64,000 nucleotides of DNA from Guillardia theta CCMP2712 (lineage: Eukaryota; Protista; Cryptophyta): positions 186,001 through 250,000 of the forward strand of contig NW_005434664.1 of the NCBI RefSeq assembly GCF_000315625.1, given 5' to 3'. The notes below the pieces were generated by a model. It was not told where the DNA came from. It saw nothing but the letters and a program-made list of their open reading frames with translations, and made no database searches. Made by a program: the position numbers and the translations under genes. Shown here piece by piece: positions 12,160 through 23,503 of this stretch. Position 1 is the first letter of the stretch, and each line of letters opens with the position of its first letter.

Positions 12160-12589
12160 ATGAAGTCCTGGAAGAGAGAGAATCAGTCCATGAGACAGTC
12201 TCTTGCACAGGCGGTGCAACGGAGCGTCCCCAGTCAACAGTTCTGATCTCAGATTGTAATCTAGTTTCATCTGCCATTCTTCATATGTTGCTGCTCCTGC
12301 GCTGATTATATCCCTCCATCTCTCCTCCTTGAGAGGTGTTGCTCCAAATGCTATGCTGGTTGTATAAACCCTCGTGATTCTAATCTCAATCTCAATCTCA
12401 ATCTTCTCTGATCTCTCATCCATACTCATCTCATTTATAGAATCATCCATCACAACATCAATTCTCTGTACATCCTTTCTCTCCCTCCATCATCCCGCCC
12501 ATCATTTTCTTGCTCAATCTTTCATTGAGTTTTTTGATGTTTCTTTTCCTTTTCCTTTTCCTGCCCCTGCCTCTGCTGATCATTTTCTT

Positions 12590-12690
12590 TGTCTTCCTTC
12601 TTTCTCTTCCTCATCATCGCTAGTCTTCCTTCTTTCTCTTCCTCATCATCACTAGTCTTCCTTCTTTCTCTTCCTCCTCATCACTTTCTT
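12590..12690. repeat. ~31-bp tandem repeat, about 3 copies
   Basis: gtcttccttctttctcttcctcatcatc(g/a)cta repeated. Confidence 0.8.
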
Positions 12691-12851
12691 GCTGTTTGTA
12701 CCTACTGGTCCCCTGCCATGAAAGATTGTCAGTATTGACTATATGGCCTTGGGACTGAAAATATTTGAAAATATTGACTACAGGGCACCGCATAATAACT
12801 CACGTGGCTCTTGTAAGGTTCCTGATCATCCGATGATCATGACAACGACGG

Positions 12852-12991
12852 AGCACTACAATCAGCACTACCAGCACTACCAGCACTACCAGCACTACAA
12901 TCAGCACTACCAGCACTACAATGAGAACTACCAGCACTACAATCAGCACTACCAGCACTACAATGAGAACTACCAGCACTACCAGTACTAC
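12852..12991. repeat. 9/12-bp minisatellite built on cagcactac
   Basis: cagcactac, aatcagcactac and aatgagaactac units; it produces the HYQ/HYN-rich ORF 12743-13138. Confidence 0.9.
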
Positions 12992-13259
12992 ATTCAGATC
13001 AGCCCTACAATCAGCTTTACCAGGCTCAAATCAGATCAGGATAAATTTAATCAAAGCGGCAGGGCATACAAACTGAACCTGTGCACGATACAACACAAAA
13101 ACGAATTGTCAACACACATACACACTGGTATGCTGTAAATGGTGCCGAAAAACAAGCTTGAAATTGCGAGAACCAGCCGATGATACAGCCTGAGGAAAAA
13201 ATTGAGAAACAAACAACATAAGGAAAAAAACATCACCTGGTTTAGCGCAAAACCATATT

Positions 13260-14357
13260 TCAAAAGTCCAAAAAGACATGACCCTCCCGCACCATCGTGC
13301 TCTGGACCGCTCCCTTGTCTACTCCTACACGGAGCATCTTGAAGTACTTGCTGTACCGCGGGTCGTCCTTGAGCTTCACCACGACTCCCGCGAAGGCTCC
13401 CATGTCCGTCGCAGACGAGGGGTCCCGCTCCAGGATGCTCGGGTCGTGGCCCTCCCGCACCATCGTGCTCTTGACCGCTCCCTTGTCTACTCCTACACGG
13501 AGCATCTTGAAGTACTTGCTGTACCGCGGGTCGTCCTTGAGCTTCACCACGACTCCCGCGAAGGCTCCCATGTCCGTCGCAGACGAGGGGTCCCGCTCCA
13601 GGATGCTCGGGTCGTGGCCCTCCCGCACCATCGTGCTCTTGACCGCTCCCTTGTCTACTCCTGCACGGAGCATCTTGAAGTACTTGCTGTACCGCGGGTC
13701 GTCCTTGAGCTTCACCACGACTCCCGCGAAGGCTCCCATGTCCGTCGCAGACGAGGGGTCCCGCTCGAGGATGCTCGGGTCGTGGCCCTCCCGCACCATC
13801 GTGCTCTTGACCGCTCCCTTGTCTACTCCTACACGGAGCATCTTGAAGTACTTGCTGTACCGCGGGTCGTCCTTGAGCTTCACCACGACTCCCGCGAAGG
13901 CTCCCATGTCCGTCGCAGACGAGGGGTCCCGCTCCAGGATGCTCGGGTCGTGGCCCTCCCGCACCATCGTGCTCTTGACCGCTCCCTTGTCTACTCCTAC
14001 ACGGAGCATCTTGAAGTACTTGCTGTACCGCGGGTCCTCTTGTAAGGACACGGTTGTTTCGGGGCCGTTGGCTTCTGGGTTCTTTTGTTTTCTTCCGACA
14101 AATGACATCGTTGTTTTGACGTCATTTTCTTTGTTTTTTGTTTGTGTTTCTTCTGTTTTTTCTGCTGTTGTTGTTGTTGTCTGTTTTTGTGGTGGTGGTG
14201 GTGGTGGTGGGTATTGCGGAGGCGAGGAGAGCATTTCTTTCTTCACCGTGGATACCTGCATGGCTTTTGGCTCGGACATTCCCGGATAAAATGAACCAGG
14301 TGGACTACCGGTGCTATATCCTTTATCCTTGTGGATATTTCCTAGGTGGGTGTGCAC
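13260..14357 (-). CDS. Intronless ORF with a polyproline tract and ~4.6 tandem 56-aa repeats carrying the CCDC53/WASHC3 C-terminal motif; may be a gene fragment
   Basis: LKDDPRYSKYFKMLRVGVDKGAVKSTMVREGHDPSILE resembles the WASHC3 C-terminal motif (KDPRY..Y.KM..VGVP..AI..KM..EG.DP..LE). The last repeat is truncated (REGHVFLDF*). Confidence 0.6.
   Translation of the reverse strand: MHTHLGNIHKDKGYSTGSPPGSFYPGMSEPKAMQVSTVKKEMLSSPPQYPPPPPPPQKQTTTTTAEKTEETQTKNKENDVKTTMSFVGRKQKNPEANGPETTVSLQEDPRYSKYFKMLRVGVDKGAVKSTMVREGHDPSILERDPSSATDMGAFAGVVVKLKDDPRYSKYFKMLRVGVDKGAVKSTMVREGHDPSILERDPSSATDMGAFAGVVVKLKDDPRYSKYFKMLRAGVDKGAVKSTMVREGHDPSILERDPSSATDMGAFAGVVVKLKDDPRYSKYFKMLRVGVDKGAVKSTMVREGHDPSILERDPSSATDMGAFAGVVVKLKDDPRYSKYFKMLRVGVDKGAVQSTMVREGHVFLDF
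13280..14037. repeat. 168-bp near-identical tandem array, ~4.5 copies
   Basis: ccctcccgcaccatcgtgctc recurs at 13282, 13450, 13618, 13786 and 13954. Confidence 0.97.
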
Positions 14358-14465
14358 TGATTCCCTAACTTGACCGGTGCATTTCCCAGATTTTACGGGG
14401 GTAGGGTAGAACGCGGCAGCTACAGCTGTTGGGAATTTGAAAATGATTCATGGTGTTTTGAGTAG

Positions 14466-14473
14466 TATATATA
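14466..14473 (+). promoter_or_regulatory. TATA box of candidate small RNA gene copy 1
   Basis: TATATATA starts 30 nt before the conserved AACTCGGC; the spacing is the same in copy 2. Confidence 0.55.
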
Positions 14474-14495
14474 CTTTGGCATTGATCGCTTTAGT

Positions 14496-14539
14496 AACTC
14501 GGCGGCTGGTCAAGGTGTATATCACCCCTACCTTTTTGA
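14496..14539 (+). ncRNA. Candidate spliced-leader (SL) RNA gene, copy 1
   Basis: AACTCGGCGGCTGGTCAAG|GTGTATATCACCCCTACCTTTTTGA is identical to the copy at 35630-35673 (-) although the flanks are unrelated. It has a donor-like AAG|GT, a GGTG-TATAT-CACC hairpin, a U5 Sm-like site and TATA at -30. Confidence 0.6.
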
Positions 14540-14712
14540 CAGTTGCATTGTTTTTGGGAATCATAGTGCTGAATTGCGCGGGATCGATTACCACTCTGTA
14601 CACAACAGAAGAATTCTCAAATCACTTGACAGTGACCTGAACTGACTACCGTTGACCGGCGTACAGTGTGACTTGCCAGTACGGAAGTGACTTAAGTTAG
14701 TCGACGCCTTTT

Positions 14713-15443
14713 TGTCACAGTGCTCGCTACCGTCAGTCATTCGGTTCCATCGAGTGTGGAGAGCGATCACGGTGGTCAGCGATGGGATCCTGAGTCTCGG
14801 ATCTCCACGGCCCATTTTCCCTGTACTACCAGGCTGCGGTATCGGAGCTCCAAACTTGAAGACAGAGGCTCAGTCAGATCATGCTTGCCGTCACTCCTTT
14901 TCAATTTCTTCTACAACGGTAGTTACTGGCGGCTCCTTCAGTCTGTTAGGGTTCGAGCCTCGCGTGGCAGGCCCATCTAGCCTGCTAAGTTGAAGCGGCT
15001 CACTGACGGCGGAAGACGCTTCCGCCGGGGAGCTCTTGCCACGGTTGTCGGACGTCGACTTGCTGGGTCGACGGCCGGGCTGAGTGTATGCGGCAACAGC
15101 AGGATGCGGGGATGATGGAGATGAAGTCAAGGCATCTCACTGAGCTGTCAGTGACAGCATGTAGGTCAAGCTCGTCTCCACCGTCCCTCGAGAACAGCCA
15201 TCATTCGGATACATTCAGGTACGTTGCCGCACTTGAAGTGTATGAGGACTTCACCTAGGTGACCTCATCCTCGCCCGTCAGGTCACTGAGCTGCTTCTGC
15301 AATTCGACTCTCGTCCTGACTCCCCGGCCGTCACGCCAAGAGATGCCCCGTGGCTGCTCGGTCTCGGAGCGAGTCAACGGACGACCGGCACTGTCTGTTT
15401 GCTGGTGTTCTCTTGTATGGTTAATGACAGTAAAGTTGTGACA
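14713..15443 (-). mobile_element. Possible degenerate retroelement/LTR relic
   Basis: Bounded by inverted TGTCACA...TGTGACA and contains stop-interrupted intronless reading frames. No target-site duplication seen. Confidence 0.25.
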
Positions 15444-15694
15444 ACGTGACCCGCTGTCTTGATTTGGTTGTTCTAGAGGAAATGTTCCCTTGTCGATCAG
15501 ATTTCCCCATAGATACCTGTGATGGGTCAGAAAGTTGTGAGGACATAGCGAGGAAGAGTCGAGGGAAAGCGGCGGTCGAGATTGAGAATTAGATATGAGA
15601 ATGATTGTATGCAGTAGCAAGAACAAAACGAGGATGAGAAGGAGATTGCGAGGGAACATATTGTGTGGGTGGTGGACGATGATGAAGATGGTGA

Positions 15695-15729
<35 letters not shown>
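15695..15729. repeat. (GAT)n microsatellite
   Basis: Direct observation. Confidence 0.95.
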
Positions 15730-15730
<1 letters not shown>

Positions 15731-16104
15731 GTGAGGAGGAGGCAAGAAGTGTGTCGGATAGGAGGGGCTGGAGGGTTATGGGATGTAAAGGAGGGTTCAG
15801 ACAAGTAGCACGAGCAAACGACAAGATTTCATTGACCTGGGCAAGTAAAGTAAGTCACAAGAAAGTTAGAGGCTGGTCAAGGGATTATTTGATCCCTCCT
15901 CCCTCCCTCCAGCTCCATTCTCTATCAATCAGCGACCAAGACGAGGACACGAGCAGGAGGAGGGGCTTCAGCCCCAGTATAGCCTAACGAGTGCAAGCTA
16001 CAAAGCCCGCACCCGACGACATTCTGACGCCGTAAGGAGCAGGAGCACGAGATCGGGAGGAGCAGGAGGAGCAGGAGGAGCAGGAGACTGGGAGGCCAGT
16101 GGAA

Positions 16105-19100
16105 TCATCGAGCCTTGAGCAGCTTCACGATCTTCTCTTGCATGATGCGCCTCGCCGGGAAGTAGGAGGACAGACAAGCTGAGCCAACAGCTCCGAGGAG
16201 GATGACGACGATGATCTCTGGAGGCAGCTTGAGGAGGAGCGGCAGCTGCGTGAACATGGTTTGCTGTGCTGTGACCTGCGAGACAAACTTCGTCAGAATG
16301 ATCCTCTCCTCGTGCTTCAGATTCACCGTAGAGGCCACAATGGCGCCGATGCCCAATCCAAGGAGGGCAGAGCTCAGGACAAGGACAGTCGCCTCCATGG
16401 TGTAGAGCCTTGCGATCCAGTTGCGCGTCACCCCGATGGCTCGCAGCAACCCGAGCTCCTTGGCTTGCTCCTGAATGTTGGCGAACATGGAGGAGACGAG
16501 AGAGAAGAAGGAAACGATGAGCGCCACGCCCGTTGTCAACGACGAAAAGATGCCCATGGCGTCTGACGCGATCTGGAAGCCTCGGTACCTGTTCCTGACG
16601 TCTCGCGGGCGGCAGCCGATGTCGCTAGCGAGGTTTGACATCTGATCGCTGATCTCGTCCACCTCCTCCTGCGACAGCCCGTCCTTGAGCTTGAAGAGAG
16701 TGAAGTAGAGCGGGATGTCCCGCACCGAGTAGCCATCCTTGAGATGCCTTACGAGCCTTGCAAACGTCGGGAACGAGACGATGGCGTCCTGGAACTGCCT
16801 CGCCGGGTACCTTGACATCGTCAGCTTCGGGACTCCATCGAGGAAGGCCATGGGACGAAGCCTCTCGTACATGGCTGGCTCCCCTTGCAGCTGCAGCAGG
16901 AAGGAGGAATTCAGCGTCATTGCCATCTTGTCCATGTACAGGGACCCGATGAGCATCGACTGAGAGCCCATGGCACTGTAAATGCTCTCAGTGAGCTGGT
17001 CGAAGTAGCTGGGCAGCTGGTCTCGGATCGTCAGGAACCCTTCGCTCGCCACCTTGAAGAAGTTTGGGGTGACGGCGTAGACATCGTTCCCAGCTGAGAC
17101 GACCCTCCCGAGAGTTCGGATGCTGTTGCTCTGCGATGTGACAGAGCGAAAAGAATGCGAGACGAGCGCAAAGTCTTCCACCAGCCGGTTCTCCTGTACA
17201 AATTCTTCTATCTGTCGCGCTGCCCACGCGGCCTTGACCAAAGTCGGGCAGTACATGGCAAGCACGCTCCCGTTCTTCCTCAGCTGGTTCAGTTTGAACT
17301 GTTCAATCTGCATGGATAGCAAGACGATGACAAAGACGACGAAGGCCAAGGACAGGGAGTACATGAGTGTTGTCTTGCGGTTTCTGGTCCTGTGGGCTAT
17401 CAGATTCTTGTGCAGGGTGGTTCGCATTGAACTTTCCGACCACCAGAAGAAAATGTTTGTGATGACGTACTCCACAGGCCTCTCTATGTTCATAGACAGC
17501 AGCACCAAACCAGCAAGGATGCCCATGAGCAGAGCAAAGAAGATGTAGAGGAGGAGAGTCAGGTTGAAGGTGAGCAGAGCAAGAGGAAACATGTAGTACA
17601 CAAGCACGCCGAACATCGTCATCAGGCTGCCGATGACAATCAGCGGTGTCGGGATAATCTTCTGACTCGCGCGCTCCAGCGAAACCTTGACGGCCACGAC
17701 CTTGTTCCTCCGGATGTCAAGGGCGTCAGTAAGAGATACCGAGAGGGCTTTGCGGATGGGAAGGATGACGGCAACGGCAGGGACCAGCAGCCCGATCACT
17801 GTCGCGTACTGGATGGAGAACGTCTCGACCTGTGGGATTGTCTTCCACTCGAAGATCGACTTGAGCAGGTCCAGCACAGCTGCTACCAGGAACTTGGACA
17901 CCAGCAGGCCGATGGCCCAGCCAGGAATGCTCGTCAAGAAGGTCTGGAGGAGGAGAAGTCGAATAACTCCCCGGCGGGTCATGCCGACCATTCGCAGGAC
18001 CCCGAGATCGAAAGCTCTGTTCTCCACTGAGATGATGAGCAGCGAGTACATGAGAAGGCACAGCAGAAACACAAGTGCCACGATGATGATGCTGATGATC
18101 AGACCAAGAAAGATAGAAACCGTCCTGAGCACCCTCAATTCTCCCAACAACATGATCGATGCATCGATGTACTCGAAGCCTATTTTGGTGACCAGTCTCG
18201 ACATCATGTGCAGCACTTTGGTCTGCACGACAGAGTAGTCGTTCTTCATGTAGAACACGCTTCGAGGAGGCGGGAGGTTGTAGCAAACATATTGAGCGTA
18301 TTCATACAAGTCAATGCTCGAGAAAGAGTCTTGCAGATAGTTGGCATTGGGGTTGAGATTCTTTGACACAGCTTCGATGAACGTGCCGTACTCCATCACA
18401 ACAGCATTCGTCGCCTCCTCATTGAACTTCCCTCCCGTCTGCTCAAAAATGGAGCTCACCCGAACAGGGAGCAAGATCGTAGTCGAAGATCGGAACTGTT
18501 CAGAGTCCTGGAGGCCCAGTGGAGCTGTTAAACTTCGTGGCAGAGCAATACTGAAGAGATCGCTCAGCGAGAACTGAAGGATCAACTCACTCCCGACTGT
18601 AGCATTCAGCATCGTTGCAAGGTCTTTGTGCAGATATACACTTCCCGGAGGGGCTGCTTCCAGGTGCCAGTGCGATCCAAGACCCATCCTCTCCTCCAGG
18701 TAGGAGTCTATGAGGTACAAATCTGCACTGTCCGGAGCTCCGCACTGCTCTGTTGCGAGTGAGTCAGTAAAGAGCAAGAGAGAGAGAGAAGAGGGAGGGA
18801 GGGAGGGAGGGAGGGAGGGAGGGAGGGAGGGAGGGAGGGAGGGAGGGAGGGAGGGATAGCACGGGCAAGAGAAATGAGAAGGGAAAAGTCGAGGGGAAGG
18901 ATGAAGGTGAGGGTGAAAGTGAGGGCGAGGGCGAGGGCGAGGGCGAGAGCCAACATCAGTACATTGTCACTGCTATCATCACTGCCCTTACCTGCAACAC
19001 ATGACGACGTTGAAGATTCAGCATGCAGTCCACAACTCGATCCGTCCTTGCCAAGATATCGATCGCTTGCGTCCCGGAAGTTCCAACCTTGGTTGTTGCA

Positions 19101-19774
19101 GAGTTTTGTGTTCCAAGCTGAAGTATAAATGGACCAACGGGGAGAAGAGTAGTTGAACAAGACATCTTCCCCTCCTACAGTACTTCTCACGTTGCTGTAG
19201 TTCAGATAGGTCAACTGCAAGGCATAGTCACTGTGAAGGAGTAGCGAACGGGGCCAGTCTCACTGATGTCCAGCTTGATGGAAGCACCGTCACATCCATC
19301 TCTCCGACATTGTACTCAGCAATGGAGAGGAACAGGAGAGGAGTGTACTGTATTGTGTCGGTCATACACCACAACATCGATCAGTCCTGCAAACCTCAAA
19401 GAGGGTGTTCATGGTAGCGACAAGTGCAACTGCGAGAATGCAGGATGCCAGACCAAGGATATAGTTACACTGCACACTGTCAGACCATGACGAAAGCACA
19501 TCTAGTACTTCTAGCATCAACCTTGTTCCCTCGGGCCTCTCGTAGCGCCATGGTCTTGTCGATGTTGAGATTCTTCGCTTGCGCAGTAGCTTTCTGCATG
19601 ACCGAGCGTTTCTCTCTGTCACCACGAGGATCAACATGGTGAGCCGGAAAAATCCAGCTCTCTCAGAGGTCACCTCTTGTCCAGCTGGAGCCCATGGAGG
19701 GAGATCTGCGAGTGTTGGGCCGCGTCCTCATCCTCTTGCAGTTGATCTTGCTCCCTGAGAGGCTCATTTTCCAT
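16105..19774 (-). CDS. FtsX/MacB-type ABC transporter permease-like protein with two FtsX domains
   Basis: FtsX-type motifs LLIISVENRAFDLGVLRMVGMTRRGVIRLLLLQ and ANIQEQAKELGLLRAIGVTRNWIARLYTMEA, plus KNLIAHRTRNRKTTLMYSLSLAF. 5' exons reconstructed as MENEPLREQ...ALREARGNKCNYILGLASCILAVALV. Confidence 0.88.
18792..18855. repeat. (GGGA)n microsatellite, intronic
   Basis: Direct observation. Confidence 0.95.
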
Positions 19775-20301
19775 GGCTTCCTCCTCCTTCCCTCTGTCCA
19801 TGCTCGCCAGAAGCTTCGCTCGATCCTGAGTTATTCAGAGAGACCAGCAAGAAACTATCAGGTGAGTCCGAGATCAGCTCTAGATGTTCAGACCCCTATG
19901 AGTTTGTCGCACAACGACCCCGAGCTCTCACCACAAACTCGACAGCCTACAACTCACCACCACTCCCACTCAGTTAGAGGCAGCCATCGGATGTCGATGA
20001 ACAGGATGCCATGAGGTAGTTCCTATGTCCTCCTGCCTCTTCATCCTCCTCTGGCCCGTCCCTCTTGCTCCACGTCGTATGTCCCGCACCATGTATCCCA
20101 GTTCCCCTGCTATCGCACTCTACGCAATCTGAAATATTTGGATCAAATTTCAATATATCAAAGAATATGACCAATATTGAAATATGAAATTGAAAATTTA
20201 TCGTCAAACCACACCAAGCTAGTTGTATTCCACTGTCCTTCAATTTACACAAATTTAAAGCTGAGGCGAGCCTGAATTTTCATCCCTAAAAGTTCGCTAC
20301 C

Positions 20302-23300
20302 ATGTCGGAAGCGGATGGATCGGAGGGGGCGAGAGAACGAGCGATGGCGGCAGCCAAGAAGATGAAGGAAGAGGTGAGGAGGAAGGAACCTCTGCTGAAC
20401 TCCAAGCCGAGAACAAGCAGGGATGATCCCAACTTCATGCAGTCCTTCTTCAAGGCTTCGAGGCTACACTTCATCGGGACATGGAAAGCTCGCTACCAAG
20501 AGATCCTTGACTCTGTTCCTCCTCCTCCTCCTCTGCCTCCGCCCCTTGCTCATGGAGGTCGGATTATCGCACATGTCGACATGGATTGTTTCTTCTGCTC
20601 TGTTGGAGTCAAGGGAAGGTCAGAGCTCCAGGGCCAGCCAGTCGCAGTCTGTTGGGGTGACGCAACCAGCGAGAACGCTCAGCATGCAGAGATATCATCG
20701 GCGAACTATGTGGCAAGAAAGTTTGGTGTCAGAGCAGGGATGTTCATTGGGAAAGCAAAGGAGCTCTGCCCGCAGCTGATAACAATCCCATACGAGTTTG
20801 ACAAGTACACAAGCACGGCAGAAACCATGTATCGCTGCCTCTTCGCCATCACTCCCCATGTGCAAGGAGTCAGTGTCGATGAGGCATTCGCCGACATCAC
20901 GTCTCTAGTTGCTGGAGAGAACGTTCAAAACCTCAAGGAGGTTGTCATAGCTGTTGCAAACAGGATACGGAAGGAAATCCTGGAGGCGACTGGTTGTCCC
21001 GCCAGTGTTGGCTGTGCAGGTTCGGACATCATCGTCATCATCTCTTCATCTGCTGCGCGTCTTCTTGTTCACCGTTTCAGCACTTGTTGATGTTTCCATG
21101 AGCGATACACTTCTCATTTCACATGTTCAAGACCTGTGTTGCGAAATCCTTACCCTCCCTCGCATACTTTCTGTGTACACTCTTTATTTGCACGCTCTTG
21201 GCCTCGAGAGTGGTTCTTTCTCCCTTCTCGTCATGCTGTTATGTGCAGGAAATCGCTTCTTGGCCAAGATTGCAACCAGTCAAGCCAAGCCTGACGGCTC
21301 GTTCTTCATACCCAAGGAAAACGTGTTGGATTTTCTCGCAGAGCTGCCAGTGAGCAAATTGCCGGGCGTGGGCTACAACACAGTCGACAAGTTGTCCAAG
21401 TGAGCAAGCTAAGTTTCTCTTACCTTTTTCTTGACGCTGGAACCCTGGAACTCGAGCAGGTTGGAGGTTCACTCAGTTCAAGACCTGAGAAACAGACCCA
21501 GAGCATTCCTGCAGGTGACGTACGGTCCTTTTCCTCCTCCAGCGACAAGCATCCCTGAGCATGCGTTCGCTGCGGCTAGCTGTTGTATTTCTACTTGACA
21601 TACTCACCATGACTCAATCGATCGATGGATAGATGATGATGAGCCTCTTGACATGACTTTCTGAACTGCGCGTGAAGGAGCAATTTGGAGAGAAGACTGG
21701 CCGTTTGTTGTTCGAGTTCAGCCGAGGCATTGACAACCGTCCATGGGAGAGCAGGCCGATCAGAAAATCTGTCGGAGCCCAGGTAGAAATTCAATCACTT
21801 AGATCTTGCCATGCTGACGTCTTTGCACTCGAAGATAACTTGGGGGGTTCGATTCAATGAGATGTCGGAAGTCTTCCAATTTATCGAGAAGCTGTCAGCA
21901 GAGGTCGACCTGCTGTGCCCTCGTCCTCCTTGTCACCGCCTCTCCCTCTGTAGGTATCTTCCAGAATGCACAAGGCGAGGGTCAAGGGCAGGACCGTACA
22001 GGTGCGACCGAGCCTGATCCTCTCTCGAGCTCATCCGCATCCACCCAGGTCACTCTCCTGAGGGCTGTCAAGAATGCTCCGGACAACGCGAGGAAAGGAC
22101 ATCTTGGGCACGGGATATGCGAGCATTTAACTAGGAGCGTAACGCTCTCTCAGTTCACCGATGATGCGAAGTCCATCGAGAAACACGTTAACGGCTGTGT
22201 TGCTCCTGCTCCAACTCTGAGGCCCCGCAGGTCTGTGCGATAGTCAACGATCTCCGCGTCCCCGCATCTGAAATCCGTGGGCTCGGAGTCCAGATGACCA
22301 AGTTGGACTCGCAGGCCTCCAGCAAAGAAGCTACCGCGAGCAGGCGGTAATGACGCATGCCTGTTCGAAGCACACCTTGACCCTCCCCCTCCTCTCCCAG
22401 GGTCACCCTCCCGGCTCCCCCTCGACGCGAGTTTGATGCATCTAAGGCACCAAACTGGCTGAAGGCCTTCACAAACGTGAGAAAGCTGCTGTAGCTTCTT
22501 GCACTGACTCGACATGGTCAAGGTCACAAGTCCTTCCAAACAGACAGATAAATCAAAGACTTCCAATCCGCAATCTGCATCCCCGGGAAGAGCAGCAGCA
22601 AGTCCCGACACACCCGAGGCATCGAGCCCAGCTGCAGTCGAGAAGAATACGAGCAAGAGGAGCTTTGCGGACGTGAACGAGATGTACGCGAGTTGGTACT
22701 CGATGCACGGAAGCCCCAAGTCGAGCTCATCATCCCCCAACAAGATCTTGAACGCCATGGAACACAAGGCGCGGTCCCATCGACCCACGTCGGATGACCT
22801 GCGCTCGCAGCGACGATTCTCCCCACGGGACTCGGATGGCATGCGGCAGGAGCAGGAGCTGGATGATGCGCCTGGGCAGAGGCAGGGGCACCTCCGGTGC
22901 GAGGAGGAGCACGCGACTGAGAAGGGAGCAGATTGGAAGCGAGAGAGCGATGCTCCCTTGGACCGACTTCTCGCCGCCGGTTTCAGCGACATTGAGCTCG
23001 CTTACCACAAACTGATTTCTGAGAAGCTCGCAGGACGCAACACTGCTGCAAGGTCAGAGCATGTCCAGTCCTTCTTGGCAGATGCGAGAAACAAGCTGGC
23101 GGAGATGGGGGAGGAAGTGCAGGGTCGTGGATGTGAAAGAGAGAAGCTTCTGTTCATAGACCGAGCTTTTGGTTTGCTCCTGCAGATGTCTGGCTGTCAT
23201 CTTGGGGACGGAGATCAATGGCGGGAGAAGGAGGAGGAGGAGGAGGAGATGACTGAAGGGGAAGGGATGATGAAGAGCTTGATGCAAGGATGGTCGCTGT

Positions 23301-23365
23301 GCGTTGAAGAGGTCCTGAGGACCTTTGATGAGGAGCCTGCGGCCAAGAGAGGCAAAGAGAACTGA
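20302..23365 (+). CDS. REV1: REV1 Y-family translesion polymerase (deoxycytidyl transferase), multi-exon, no N-terminal BRCT seen
   Basis: REV1-specific FFKASRLHFIGTWK N-digit motif, plus HVDMDCFF, EISSANYVARKFGVRAGM, SVDEAFADIT, LAKIATSQAKPDG, KLPGVG, RKSVGAQITWGVRF, GHLGHGICEHLTRS and RGLGVQMTKL. Confidence 0.93.
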
Positions 23366-23503
23366 TATTGCTGTCCTTGTATTCTTATCTTATCTCGTCT
23401 GGACAGCCCAGCATCGAATATATCGACTGGGCTGGCAGGACTCTGCTTTCAAATGTTAATTTACAAATATGCACCTGCTGCCATGTCCTCCTCCCAAAGG
23501 CCC

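Noticed and set aside
12160-12453. N-terminal extension of the 499-aa ORF
   Set aside because: Composition and microsatellite (gagatt)n differ from the gene body; more likely upstream repeat DNA that is open by chance.
12743-13138. HYQ-repeat protein
   Set aside because: The ORF is explained by a 9-bp minisatellite, with no other coding evidence.
13280-14037. CRISPR-like regular array
   Set aside because: Units are contiguous 168-bp in-frame coding repeats with no unique spacers, in a eukaryotic context with no cas genes.
13278-14289. Long + strand ORFs (255 and 330 aa)
   Set aside because: Antisense shadows of the repeat; only the - frame gives a recognisable motif.
3936-14357. Actin-cytoskeleton cluster (CHUP1-like, alpha-kinase, CCDC53 repeats)
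   Set aside because: The kinase substrate is unknown and adjacency alone is weak evidence in a eukaryote.
14500-14546. Y RNA resemblance (GGCTGGTC...TTGAC)
   Set aside because: Too short, and the closing stem bases are not conserved in copy 2.
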